A stretch of 63,524 bases of DNA, filler included, from Octopus bimaculoides (Eukaryota), in NCBI RefSeq assembly GCF_001194135.2. It is 5 parts of 5 records of this genome, joined end to end, with 100 filler letters (N's around TTAATTAATTAA, not from the genome) between each part and the next. Parts side by side here need not be neighbours in the genome. Positions count along the whole stretch, not along the records: positions 18,597 to 38,099 come from NC_068989.1; positions 38,200 to 52,426 come from NC_068994.1; 3 more parts are not named here. One strand, given 5' to 3'. Within the stretch, counting starts at the first letter, position 1; every line of letters begins with the position of its first letter. A program made the position numbers and the translations under genes. Shown here one piece after another: positions 36,170 to 48,240 of this stretch. Under the pieces are notes generated by a model that saw nothing but the letters and a program-made list of their open reading frames with translations, was not told the DNA's origin and searched no databases.

Positions 36170-36470
36170 GTTACGTCTGTCTTAATGTTTTACTATCTCA
36201 GTGCTTATATTATTCGGCATTGCTGTGTGGCTGCCATCTACATTTTCCTGATGTATTTCTCCTTTTAAATGTTCTATTTCTATTTCTGATCTTCGTATAT
36301 TAGCCAGTTTATTTGGGTTCATCCTTGTATCCAAGTCTTTATTTAGGTTATTTTTCTTCCAGATTTTATATGTATATGTTGCTGTGTTTTCACTATTTGG
36401 GTAGAGCACTGCTGTAAAATTAGCGTGTAGGATTGAAATATATTCCTCAGCATTTATGTCTTTTTAATTT
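36170..36470 (-). mobile_element. Fragment of the N-terminal ORF region of an R4/Dong-type LINE
   Basis: RHK(W)..EEYISILHANFTAVLYPNSENTATYTYKIWKKNN..MNPNKLANIRRSEIEIEHLK resembles the R4/Dong N-terminal block (KWTREEY...TY.IW...N.NKLAN.RR...EIE..K, from recall). Confidence 0.55.
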
Positions 36471-36580
36471 AAATTTGCGGGACATGAGGAACAACGTCCG
36501 GCCCTTTATTTTGACGGTCATTTTATTATTTATTTATTTATTTATTTATTTATAATAATAATTATTATTANNNNNNNNNN

Positions 36581-36636
<56 letters not shown>

Positions 36637-37896
36637 GTGCGATGGCAAGCTGGTAGAATCGTTAGCAAGCCGAACAAAATGCTTGCAAGCATTTCGTCTT
36701 TCTGTACGTTCGGAGTAGAAAAATTTTAGCCTCTGTGTCTAACGTAGAAAGGATTACTACGATTATGAAAGATGTAGCGGATTGGCAGACAATTTGGAGT
36801 GTAAGATTAAATGCCTTCCGATATCTAATAAAATCTTTTTACGTTCTGAGATCAAATCCCTCTCGAAGTCACCTTTGTCTCTCATCGTTCCGGGGTCAGA
36901 TTAACTGGCCATTTCCATCCACGAAAGAACGTACGGTTTTCTATCTAAGGTGTAAGTCATTATTATGGTAATTATATTTCAACATACATTACTTCAGTAT
37001 ACCAGAGTGCCATACTGTTTACGGTGTATATTATCCGTATGAAGATTTGAAGAACAGAATCCTGTGTATAATTATTCGCTAACACGCATCTGTGCATATG
37101 CAAGCACGTGTGTACATGTGCAGGTTTACTGCACTCACGTGCCAACCACTGACAGCTAACACGAGTTCATATACAAGCATATATGAATCTAAACGCAGTG
37201 TTGCAGTCAGCATTATATTTTTATGTATACGTGGTCATATATCCATATATATCCATACATACATACATACATACATACATAATCACACATGTTCATGTGA
37301 GCGTGCATGTGTGGATGTGTGTATAGATACGTTTACGTATGTGTATTGTGTATATATACGTTTCTACAAACATACGGAGTGACATGTGCGTACATATACA
37401 TTTATATATTCGAGAGCATGTTGATGCAAATGAAAACGCACACGCAGGGACATGTGTTTGAATGCGCTAACACGGGTATACTCGTGCATGAAAGAATACA
37501 GTTTCCATTTCCTCTCAATACACAAGCAGCTTGTCTCTGTCGTAAAAATCTCCACTTTCAAACACATATATGTATATTTGAATACACATAGCACACAAAA
37601 TGTCACGCGTTAATGTTGACAGCTTTACAATATCAGCTGAAGTATTGACGGCTTTACTTTTTCTGCTGTAATGTCGATGTATTCGTAACTTCAAAACTAA
37701 TTCTAAGACACCCGACTCACAATTTCAGAAGTAAAATTCACGGCTTCAGTATTTTGGGTTCAAATATACCAAGAGGTGACTTTGCTGCTTAATTTTCGTC
37801 AAAGAAATTTCAACCGTTAATGAAATAAAAATGAAACCTTGAATATGCATCGTCAATTTCGACTTAATGCAGAGTAATTGCGAAAACGTTGACATA

Positions 37897-38062
37897 GGCG
37901 TAAGAGTGGCTGTGTGGTAAGTAGCTTGCTTACCAACCACATGGTTCCGGGTTCAGTCCCACTGCGTGGCACCTTGGGCAAGTGCTTTCTATTATAGCCT
38001 AGGGCCGACCAAAGCCTTGTGAGTGGATTTGGTAGGTGGAAACTGAAAGAAGCCCGTCGTAT
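37897..38062 (+). mobile_element. Family A SINE 5' half, cut by a microsatellite and the scaffold join
   Basis: A box GAGTGGCTGTGTGG, B box GGTTCAGTCCC and CORE-like CACCTTGGGCAAGTG. Confidence 0.9.
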
Positions 38063-38068
38063 ATATGT

Positions 38069-38099
<31 letters not shown>

Positions 38100-38199
38100 N
38101 NNNNNNNNNNNNNNNNNNNNNNNNNNNNNNNNNNNNNNNNNNNTTAATTAATTAANNNNNNNNNNNNNNNNNNNNNNNNNNNNNNNNNNNNNNNNNNNN
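38100..38199. other. Artificial scaffold-join linker
   Basis: 44 N + TTAATTAATTAA + 44 N. Confidence 0.95.
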
Positions 38200-38356
38200 A
38201 TTTCTTTGAGATTGAAAAGTTTTCAACAAATTTGATAATCTAATTAATTCATAACAATTAGTATAATTTCTCTTATGAAATATTGTCAGGTGATTACAGA
38301 TAGAAAAATCGAACTGTATTTCATAGTAAGTGAACACAATGATACCTAGAACATAT

Positions 38357-38758
38357 ACTCTTTACTCTTTTACTTGTTTCAGTCATTTGACTGCGGCCAT
38401 GCTGGAGCACCGCCTTTAGTCGAGCAAATCAACCCCAGGACTTATTCTTTGTAAGCTTAGTACTTATTCTATCGGTCTCTTTGCCGAACCGCTAAGTGAC
38501 GGGGATGTAAACAGACCAGCATCGGTTGTCAAGCGATGTTGGGGGGACAGACACACAAACAACACACACATATATATATACATATACATATATACGATGG
38601 GCTTCTTTCAGTTTCCGTCTACCAAATCCACTCACAAGGCTTTGGTCGACCCGAGGCTATAGTGAGAAGACACTTACCCAAGGTGCCACGCAGCGGAACT
38701 GAACCCGGAACCATGTGGTTGGTAAGCAAGCTACTTACCACACAGCCACTCCTGCGCC
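38357..38758 (-). mobile_element. Full-length family A SINE
   Basis: Near-identical reverse complement of 43217-43588 and 47415-47855. Ends in AGTAAAAGAG repeats. Confidence 0.92.
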
Positions 38759-38789
38759 TATACATACACACATACTTCTATAATTAATG

Positions 38790-38978
38790 ATTTCAAATTT
38801 TTTGGCACAAGGCCAGCAATTTCAGGGGAAAGGGTAAGCTGCTTACATCAACTCCTATGCTTGACTGGTACTTATTAAATTGACTTTGGTGGAATTTGAG
38901 CTCAGAATGTAAAGACAGATGAAATGCCACTAAGCATTTTCCCCCAATATGCTAATGCTTCTGCTAGCTCACCACTTT
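38790..38978 (-). mobile_element. CpG-decayed family B SINE
   Basis: TTGGCACAAGGCCAGCAATTTCAGGGG...CTGGTACTTAT...GGAATTTGAGCTCAGAATGT...CTAGCTCACC. Confidence 0.75.
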
Positions 38979-39204
38979 ATACATATTAGTATAACTAATA
39001 TCACCATTTAACATCTGTTTTCAACGGTGGCATGAGATAGATGGATTTACAGGAACTGGCAAAGCAGAGGACTACACCAAGCTATACTGTCTGTTTTAGC
39101 ATGGTTTCTATGGGTGAACACCCTTCCTAATGCCACCCACTTTACAAAGTGTTCTTGGTGCATTTTATGTTGCATAGGCAGCACTGCTACAACAACTGCC
39201 AACA

Positions 39205-39620
39205 TCATCACCATCATTGTTTAACCCTTTTGTTACCTTGTTTACTTTGAGATGCTCTGTTTCTTTCAGTTATCTTAAATATAACAAAGAATTTAGTAAA
39301 ATAACTTAGTTATCATTAAGCTAGTGTTAGGAACATAAATTGTGTCTAAAGTTTGGTGGAAGATTTCAATTCAAAAGTTATGAAAACAAGACATTTGTAC
39401 TACAGAGCTAGAGCTGGTTTCAGCCAGGTTGGTAACGAAAGGGTTAACACCCATTTTCCATGCTGGTGTGGGTTAGATGGTTTGACAGGCACTGGCATGC
39501 TAGGGACTAGGGGGCTGCAACAAGTTCTACAGTTTGCTTTGGCATGATTTCTATGGATGGACGCCCTTCCTAATGCCAACTGCTTAACAGAGTGTGCCAA
39601 ATGGTTTTTACATAACACCA
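39205..39620 (-). mobile_element. Family C retroposon 3' part ((GAT)n-tailed), interrupted by a MITE
   Basis: CATCATCACCATCATTGT-TTAA ... TTAA-CACCCATTTTCCATGCTGG...GCCCTTCCTAATGCCAAC aligns with 45498-45870. Confidence 0.7.
39221..39447. mobile_element. piggyBac-like MITE with TTAA TSD
   Basis: TTAACCCTTTTGTTACC ... GGTAACGAAAGGGTTAA (16/17 inverted match), inserted at the single TTAA of a family C tail. Confidence 0.85.
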
Positions 39621-40085
39621 GCATAATTATATAGTTAAATGAAAAAATATTCAGAAAATAGATGCCTAATTAAAATCAATAATAGATTATTGTAAATTAG
39701 AAAATTGTATAAAAGAAATCTATGAGTGATGCCTTTGCAAATCTGCCTTTTAAACATATGCAAACATTTAAGTTATTTATATACATGTATATTTGTGCAA
39801 AATTTCTGTATACTTTGTTATACACGTACAGCTGCTCATTTTTATACAGATGCTTGTATGCATGCACTCATATACATCACTTGGCGCAAAGCCACCTCCT
39901 TTCGTGTATTACTCTCCTCTGGTGCCACGCAAGCTGCACCCAGTGCACACTGTGTAAAGTAGTTGTTACTAGGAAGGGCATCCAGCCATAGAAACCTTGC
40001 CAAAGCAGATGGTAGGGCTTGGCATAGTCCTCTGGCTTGCCAGTTCCTGTCGAACAGTCCAACCCTTGCCAGTGTGGAATGCACA

Positions 40086-40300
40086 GGCGACGAGCTGGCA
40101 GAAAACGGTAGCATGCCAGGCGAAATGCTTAGTAGTATTTCGTCTGTCTTTACGTTCTGAGTTCAAATTCTGCCGAGGTCAACTTTACCTTTCATCCTTT
40201 CGGGGTCGATAAATCAAGTACCAGTTGCGTACTGGGGTCAATCTAATTGACTGCCCCCACCTCCCCCAAAATTTTGGGCTTTGTACCTAGAGTAGAAAAG
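40086..40300 (+). mobile_element. Family B SINE, preceded by a family C fragment at 39950-40085
   Basis: GACGAGCTGGCAGAAAACGGTAGC...CTGAGTTCAAATTCTGCCGAGGTCAACTTTACCTTTCATCCTTTCGGGGTCGATAAA. Confidence 0.88.
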
Positions 40301-40507
40301 AGTATGGAATGCAGACGTTAATGGGTGATGATACATAAGTATACATACCTGCATGACATCTATACATGCACACTCATGTTTACACATGTACACTCATGCA
40401 TGCACATGTGTGCGTGTGTGTATCTACACATGTAATTATACCTTCATACAGAAATCTTCGTGCATTTAAATGTATGTATACAAATATCTATGCATCCTTG
40501 AACTGTA

Positions 40508-40880
40508 GTGCTAAGAAGGGCTCTGAATGTTACTTGGAGAGCTCATTTAACCAATGAGCAACTTTATCGAGGTCTGCCCAAAGTGATTGAGAAGATTCAG
40601 CAGAGAAGACTGAGAATCGCTAGTCATTGAGTCAGACACCCAGAAGAACCTGTGAGTCAACTGGTCTTATGGCAGTCAATTGAAATAGGAATCAACAGAA
40701 GAAGAAAACGTTCAACAACCTCTGTCAGCAACTTGCTTCAGGAATGGCAAACAGTGGAATGGCAAACAGTGGAATGGCAAATGTTGATGAATTAAGAACG
40801 TGCATGGGGGACCATGATGGATGGCATGTGCATGTGAAATCATTGAAGTGTCCAAGAGGATGGCCAAATCAAACACACTA
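40508..40880 (+). mobile_element. Degenerate RTE-clade LINE ORF2 C-terminus
   Basis: LRRALNVTWRAHLTNEQLYRGLPKVIEKIQQRRLRIASH*VRHPEEPVSQLVLWQ...RRRKR...DELRTCMGDHDGW matches the RTE tail (LNISW..H.TNE.LY..LP.V...I..RRL..AGH..RH.EE....LVLWQP..GRR.RGRP). Confidence 0.8.
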
Positions 40881-41689
40881 AAATGAAATCAGAATTTCTA
40901 TTCAAGATTGAATCCTAAGCAAAAAAAAAAAAAAAAATCTCCATTGCTCTCATCACATAAATTTCAAGGCATTTTATTACTTTTATGCTTGGATGTTGCT
41001 AAAAGCTTTCATTGGATGTTTTTATGCTTCAGGCCAGGATATATTACCAAAAGGACTATATGATATTTCTAGTTGCATTTTAACATGAATGAATGTGTGT
41101 GTGATATTGAAACTTAAATTTATTGGCTTCTAAACCTGCAAACATTTTTTACAAGTGATGGGCTGTTACTTGTATGCTTATATACCAGATCATTGATTAA
41201 GCATTTCTTGTCTCAAGGGCAATTATTCCTATAAGTTCAGTTTCAATTTGCATTAAAGCTACTGTCAACATAATTCGTACTATCATTATTATTATTATTA
41301 CAAGGTGTTACTTTAGCTCCATTTGAAGTTGTAATGTTTTGAACAAGGTTAAGAGTAATAAGTTAGAGTAAGAAAATGTATGTAATGAATACATATGTTG
41401 GATTGACGTTTTGTCCATTTTTCCATGCTAGCAGGTGTCATACAAATAAATTATTGAAGAACTGTTTACTTTTGCTAAGCCACGTTGTCTCAAGTAAAGG
41501 ATCTCTTTACACCTTTTCAAAGGCATGAAGCAGGTGGATGATTTGTTGATAGAAGTGACAACAACACACTGCTTTTAGCTCACAACTAATGAGTGGATTT
41601 GGCAGATGGAAACTGAAAGAAGCCTATTGTGTACATATATGCATATGTAAGCATGTACCCAGACTTTGTGGACACCCTGTATATTGCAG

Positions 41690-41880
41690 GTGGTGGCACG
41701 TAAAAGTACCCACTACACTCTCTGAGTGGTTGGCGTTAGGGAGGGCATCCAGCTGTAGAAACTCTGCCAAATCAGATTGGAGCCTGGTGTAGCCATCCGG
41801 TTCACCAGTCCTCAGTCACATCGTCCAACCCATGCTAGCATGGAAAGCGGACGTTAAACGACGACGATGATGATGATGAT
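41690..41880 (+). mobile_element. Family C retroposon 3' end with (GAT)n tail
   Basis: Reverse complement of 45498-45690. Ends CATGGAAAGCGGACGTTAAACGACGACGATGATGAT. Confidence 0.85.
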
Positions 41881-41892
41881 AATATATTTATC

Positions 41893-42246
41893 TTTTACAT
41901 GTTTCAGTCATTAGAATACGGCCATGCTGCGGCACCACTTTAAAGAATTTTTAGATGAATTTTTAAAGCCTGGTACTTATACTATCAGTCTGTTTTACCA
42001 AACTGCTCAGTTACAGGGATGTAAACACACCAACACTGGTTGTCAAGCAGTAGTGGTGGACAAACACACACATATATGTGTGTACAATGGGCTTCTTTCA
42101 GTTTCCGTCTACCAAATCTACGTGCAAGGCTTTGGTTGCCCCGAGGCTATAGTAAAAGTTACTTGCCCAAGGTGCTACACAGTGGGACTGAACCCTGAAC
42201 AGTGTGGTAGGGAAGCAAGCTTCTTACCACACACTTATGCCTGCAC
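41893..42246 (-). mobile_element. Diverged family A SINE
   Basis: Colinear with 38357-38758, with many transitions. Confidence 0.8.
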
Positions 42247-42283
42247 GTATGTATTTGAGTGTTGTGCCATAGAGACACATCTA

Positions 42284-42430
42284 TTAAAAGACCCCCTTTG
42301 GTCATGAATAAACCTGGGATTGCACCTGCAAAGTTACCCTCTGAGGCACAAGTCCAGGCAAGGTTGTTTATGGAAGACCAGCAGTTGCCCATGCATACCA
42401 GCCTCCCTTCTCCATGCCACCGATGTTACC
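42284..42430 (+). repeat. Family F interspersed repeat (second copy, inverted, at 45150-45245)
   Basis: GACCCCCT...GGTCATGAAT...GGGATTGCA...AAGTTACCCTCTGAGGCACAAGTCCAGGCAAGGTTGTTTATGGAA matches the reverse complement of 45150-45245. Confidence 0.75.
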
Positions 42431-42799
42431 CAGTCCTTTTTTCTTTAATCCTTTCTTTATACTTGTACATTATATAATCCTTAAGCTTAATTTCAATAGC
42501 CATCCCCTAGTTTATGAAAAAAAAAACAAAATCCTTGTATAGAACTGCGCACTTCAGTTCCAGTGACATAGTGTTTAGGTGTTGTGCGCATGCTCACATG
42601 TCCAAGATAGGAAGCTGCATGCTAGGGAGAGAGAGCACTGTGGTTCGTGCAGTGCCAATCCTGGTGTGCTGGTGAAAGGTAGTATTTCTTTTTGACTCCA
42701 TGTGTGTTGTGCTTAAAAGTGTGTTTATATTCTTGAATGTGATAAAGTGTAGAATTAGATTATTATTCTGCTTCCAGCTAGTGTTGCTGCCAGGATTTG

Positions 42800-42936
42800 A
42801 AAAAAATATGGCAGATTTCACCCACCCTTATTTTGTGACTCAGGTCAATAAAATACATACCAGTTGAACACTGGGGTTGATGTAACTGACTCATCCCCTC
42901 CCCTGAAATTGCTGCCCTTGTGGCAAAATTTGAAAC

Positions 42937-42975
<39 letters not shown>

Positions 42976-44200
42976 GGTGGTGAGCTGGCAGAATCGTTAA
43001 TATGCCAGACAAAATGCCTGGCAGCATTTTGTCTTTCTTTATGTTCCAAGTTCAAATACAGCCAAAGTCGTCTTAGCCTTACCTCCCATCCTGTCAGGGT
43101 CAATGAATTAAGTTCCAGTTGAACGCTAGGTTTGTTATAATCAACAAACTCTACCTCCTCCAAAATCTGAGCCCTTGTGCTGCTAACAGAAAGGATTATT
43201 ATTATTATTAAGTATAGGCATAGGAGTGGCTGTGTGGTAAGTAGCTTGCTTACCAACCACATGGTTCCGGGTTCAGTTCCACTGCGTGGCACCTTGGGCA
43301 AGTGTCTTCCACTATAGCCTCGGGCCGACCAAAGCCTTGTGAGTGGATTTGGTAGAGGGAAACTGAAAGAAGCCCGTCGTATATATGTGTGTGTTTGTCC
43401 CCCCAACATCGCTTGACAACACAACCGATGCTGGTGTGTTTACGTCCCCGTAACTTAACGGTTTGGCAAAAGAGACCAATAGAATAAGTACTAGGCTTAC
43501 AAAGAATAAGTCCTGGGGTCGATTTGCTCGACTGAAGGCGGTGCTCCAGCATGGCCACAGTCAAATGACTGAAACAAGTAAAAGAGTAAGGAGACAAGCT
43601 GGCAGACTCATTAGCATGATGGATGAAATGCTTAGCAGTATTTTACCTGGCACGACTTTACCTTTCATCCTTTTGGGGTTGATAAATTAAGTACCAGTAA
43701 AACACTGGGTCGATGTAATTGGCTAGTCCCCTCCTCCCAAATTTCAGGCCTTGTGCCTTTAGTAGAAAGAATTATTATTATTAAGAAGACGAGCTGGCAG
43801 AATCGTTAGCACGCTCAACAACGTTCTGAGTTCAAATTCCACCAAGGTTGATTTTTACCTTTCATCTTTTTGGAGGTTGATGAATTAAGTACCAGTGAAA
43901 CACTGGGGTTAATGTAATCAACTAGTCCCCTTCCCAGAAAATTCCAGGCCTTGTGCTTTAGAAGAAAGGATTATTGTTGTTATTATCAAGATGGCTAGCT
44001 AGCAAAATCGTTTGTACACTGGGCAAAATGCTGAGTGGCATTTCCTCTCGTTTTATGTTCTGAGTTCAAATGCCACCTAGGTTAACCTTGCCTTTCATCC
44101 TCTCAGGGTCAATAAAATAAGTGCTGAGCATTGGGGGTCATAACCGATTAGCCCGCTTCCCCTAATTTCAAGCCTTGTGCCTATATAACAGAGGATTAAT
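42800..44200. mobile_element. Cluster of six SINEs: B(-), B(+), A(+), B(+), B(+), B(+)
   Basis: B(-) about 42800-42945; B(+) 42975-43200; A(+) 43217-43588; B(+) 43590-43775, 43788-43975 and 43990-44195. Most are joined by short (TTA)n tails. Confidence 0.88.
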
Positions 44201-44721
44201 AACAGAGATGAGTCAATCTTGTATTAGCTGTACTGAGAATTCCCCCAGTATCTGTGAAGCCATTTAAAGGTGGCATAGCAAGTTCCATTCGCTGATTCTT
44301 CTTCACACAGCTGTTACCATGAGAACATCCCTCACCTTCTCTCAGTAACATCAGTGCTATTTATGGAATAATTTTTCTGACAGTCTGACGGAACAACGTT
44401 CTGTTAAAATCGTAGGTGGCATTTGCACATGCACAAATACATTCTCAGCCACACCCACACATGTTCATCCACATGCACGTGATCGCATACGTTTGTGTAT
44501 TCTAACTCCCACATGCACACACAAACGCACACGCACGCAGAACTATAGTCTTATGTGTCTATGTATCTACATATATTGCTCACTCAAGGGATGTATTTCA
44601 AAATAAATATGGTATGTATATATATGTTACGTATGCATATATGAACACATACATTATATAAATGCACAAATCTTACTGTGTCTAAAACAGGAAGGATAAA
44701 CTAACAAATTACCCCATTGTC

Positions 44722-44733
44722 TTTCTCTCATAC

Positions 44734-44767
<34 letters not shown>

Positions 44768-45060
44768 ATATGTATATATATATGTGTGTGTGTGTATATG
44801 TATATATATATGTGTGTGTGTGTATATGTATATATATATGTGTGTGTGTGTATATGTATATATATATNNNNNNNNNNNNTGTGTGTGTATATGTATATAT
44901 ATGTGTGTGTGTGTATATGTATATATATGTGTGTGTGTGTATATGTATATATATGTGTGTGTGTGTATATGTATATATATGTGTGTGTGTGTATATGTAT
45001 ATATATATGTATGTGTGTATATATATATATACGCACACATACATGTGTGTATATATATGT
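44722..45060 (+). repeat. Compound (TA)n/(TG)n minisatellite with a ~24-28-bp unit
   Basis: Repeated TATATGTATATATAT-GTGTGTGTG units read directly. Confidence 0.9.
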
Positions 45061-45104
45061 CTGTGTATGTGCTTGTGCCTCTCTCCCAAAGAGTGAGAGA
45101 GGGA

Positions 45105-45135
<31 letters not shown>

Positions 45136-45497
45136 TCTATATATATCAGTGTTCCATAAAACAACCTTGCCTGGACTTTTGCCTCAGAGGGTAATTTTCC
45201 ACTTGCAATTCCATGGTCATTCATGACTGATAGGGGTCTTTACCCTTTAAGTTACAGGGGCATAAACAAACCAACACCAGTTGTTAAGCAGTGAGATGAC
45301 ACACACATACACACTCACACACATACACGTGCACATTCATATGCGCACACACTCATATGCGTGCACACACTCACATGCATACACATATACATATACACAC
45401 ACACACATACTCACCGAGTACGGTATATATATTTATGCATTATTTGTTTAATCATAAAATAACATTTTAGGTTTTGGTTAATTAAAGTTTACAAGTT

Positions 45498-45870
45498 CAT
45501 CATCATCATCGTTTAACGTCCGCTTTCCATGCTAGCATAGGTTGGACGATTTGACTGAGGACTGGTGAACCAGATGGCTGCACCAGGCTCCACCAGGCTC
45601 CAATCTGATCTGGCAGAGTTTCTACAGCTGGATGCCCTTCCTAACGCCAACCACTCCGAGAGTGTAGTGGGTGCTTTTACGTGCCACCGGCATGAAGGCC
45701 AGTCAGCGGGTACTGGCAACGGCCACGCTTGAAATGGTGTATTTTACGTGCCACCTGCACAGGGACCAGTCCAGCCGTACTTGCAATGAACTCGCTCGAA
45801 TGTCTTTACATGTGCCACTGGCACAAGTGCCAGGAAGGCGACGTTGGTAACAGCCACGCTCAAATGGTGC
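45498..45870 (-). mobile_element. Family C retroposon 3' region
   Basis: Homologous to 41690-41880 and 39205-39620. Carries a 10-bp local duplication CACCAGGCTC x2. Confidence 0.85.
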
Positions 45871-45910
45871 TATTATGTTTAAAAAGTAGGTGTCATACCT
45901 TATATGTATG

Positions 45911-45951
<41 letters not shown>

Positions 45952-47414
45952 ACGCACACATATACATGCACACGCACACATGAGCTTCCACACAGTATAC
46001 ATCTACCAAATTCACTCACAATGCATTGGTTGACTCAGGGCTATAAGAAAAGACACTTGCCCAAAGTACTGTGCTGTGGGACTGAATCTGAAACCACATG
46101 GATACAAAGTGATCTTAACCACACAGCCATGCCTGCACGGAAAAGAAAACCAGCCTTGTGCATCCTAATTCATTGCAATTCAGTCGACATGAAATCTGCA
46201 TGCTAAGTTGCATGTTTCTACTGCATTCTTATATTGGATATTTTATCAGAGTAGGGCTCTCTACATCCATGTCTCCATCTCTTCTTCCTTCCATGTTATC
46301 CCATTATTACAGGACCCATGGGAAACGGATTAAATGATGATGATGAGAGACTTAACCACCTTATTCCACTATCATCATCATCATCATTTAATGTCTACTT
46401 TTCCACAAAATTTGTCGAGGCAGATTTTTTCCTACAACCAGATGCCTTTCCTGTTGCCAACATTCATCTGTTTTCAAGCTTGGTAATTCCTCATGGCCAG
46501 ACGTTTTTCATGAAAGACTGGAAATGAACAACAATGATGCTTGTTTACAACTATCACGTAATGCCTAGACAAGAGTACATATGCACACACACACACACAT
46601 ATGACAGGCTTTTTTCAGTTTCCATTTTTCATATCTACTCGTGGGCTTTGGTGAAATTTGGGGCTATAGCAGAAAGCACTTGCCCAAGGTACTGTGCAGT
46701 GGGACTGAACCCAAAACCACCCAGCCATAGCTGCATCTAGTATATCATTAACTAACAGCTGTAATTCTTAGTTCCTGAGAGTATAAATGATATTGCTACC
46801 TCAATCACCATTCATCTATTACCTCTTTCCACCACTTGTAATGACCTGTGTTTTTTCTTATGTTGTTTTTTCTACTGAGTCATGGCTAAAGGACTGTATG
46901 TATTGATTGGAATTCCAGTTGTAGGCCAGCCAATTATTTTCTTCTATCCACTTACTCTCTTCATTGTTACAACCAATCAAAAGCTTTTGTCTAACCACTG
47001 CTATGAGAGGGAGTCCATTGATTCTTATCCAGTTTAATCTGTCCTACAGTGAACTGGACTAGACATTAGAGAAATTTGATTCTACTTTTATCTTTTTAGA
47101 ACATTGAAACCTCAAATTTTGATTGGCTCCATGTGAGTGAAATAGAAAAATCTCTTAAGCACCTGGTTTTATTTTAAAAAATTGGTACTCTTGTACTTGG
47201 ACCCAGGTGCACAGTAGATTTATTATTACATGCATTCCAACCACAACCATCTCATATTATTCATCTAAATCTTTATTATCCAATATGTCTTAGTTATTTT
47301 GAAGGGAGATGTGGCAGTTATCTCTAACATGTCCAATGACTTCGTTGAGGTTCTCACTGGCTTTTCTAAGGTTTGATGCTTATCATGGGGGAAAAATTGA
47401 TAGTTCCGTAGATA

Positions 47415-47583
47415 GGCGCAGGAGTGGCTGTGTGGTAAGTAGCTTGCTTACCAACCACATGGTTCCGGGTTCAGTCCCACTGTGTGGCACCTTGGGCAAG
47501 TGTCTTCTACTATCTCTTCGGGCCGACCAAAGCCTTGTGAGTGGATTTGGTAGACGGAAACTAAAAGAAACCCGTTGTATATT

Positions 47584-47615
<32 letters not shown>

Positions 47616-47855
47616 TATATATATATATATATAGATATATGTTCGTGTTTGTGTGTCTGTGTTTGTCCCCCCACCATCGCTTGACAACTGGTGCTGGTGT
47701 GTTTACGTCCCCGTAACTTAGCAGTTCAGCAAAAAGAGACCGATAGAATAAGTACTAGGCTTACAAAGAATAAGTTCTGGGGTCAATTTTCTCGACTAAA
47801 GGTGGTGCTCCAGCATGGCCACAGTCAAATGACTGAAACAAGTAAAAGAGTAAAA
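47415..47855 (+). mobile_element. Full-length family A SINE with an internal (TA)n expansion
   Basis: GGCGCAGGAGTGGCTGTGTGG head through CAAATGACTGAAACAAGTAAAAGAG tail. Confidence 0.92.
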
Positions 47856-48081
47856 TAGGGCACAGTTCTATCTTGATTAGCTATGAAGTTTCTGTGTTAT
47901 TTCTATGTGGTCTCTCAGCCAGAGAAATATCAGCCAAATCTCCCTCACATCATAACCTGTTGGTCTTTAAAGAAAGACAGACATAATGGGTGATGTAATT
48001 CTGAATGCAGCATGTTTGATTTTCAGGAGAAATGCCAGCAGCTTCTGATCTCTCAGTCTAAATAACAACGAAAGAGAACAT

Positions 48082-48240
48082 GCAGGCACGGCTGTGTGAT
48101 AAAAAGTTTGTTTCCCAGCCACATGGTTTCAGGTTCAGTCTGACTGTATGGCACCTTGAGCAAGTGTCTTCTACTATAGTGCCAAGCTGGCCAAAGCCTT
48201 TTGAGTGAATTTGGCTGACAGAAACTGAAAAAAGCCCATT
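48082..48240 (+). mobile_element. Diverged family A SINE 5' half
   Basis: GCACGGCTGTGTGATAAAAAG...GGTTCAGTC...GGCACCTTGAGCAAGTGTCTTCTACTATAG. Confidence 0.8.

Noticed and set aside
46950-47050. Possible 88-nt minus-strand exon (TGTAG|GACAG...GAAGAGA|GTAAGT)
   Set aside because: The open frame has no recognisable homology and ends in phase 1, so it cannot join the SNRK terminal exon directly; such splice-like pairs arise by chance.
37897-47500. tRNA-like A and B boxes at several positions
   Set aside because: These are SINE heads followed by family-specific bodies; no complete cloverleaf, so they are not tRNA genes.
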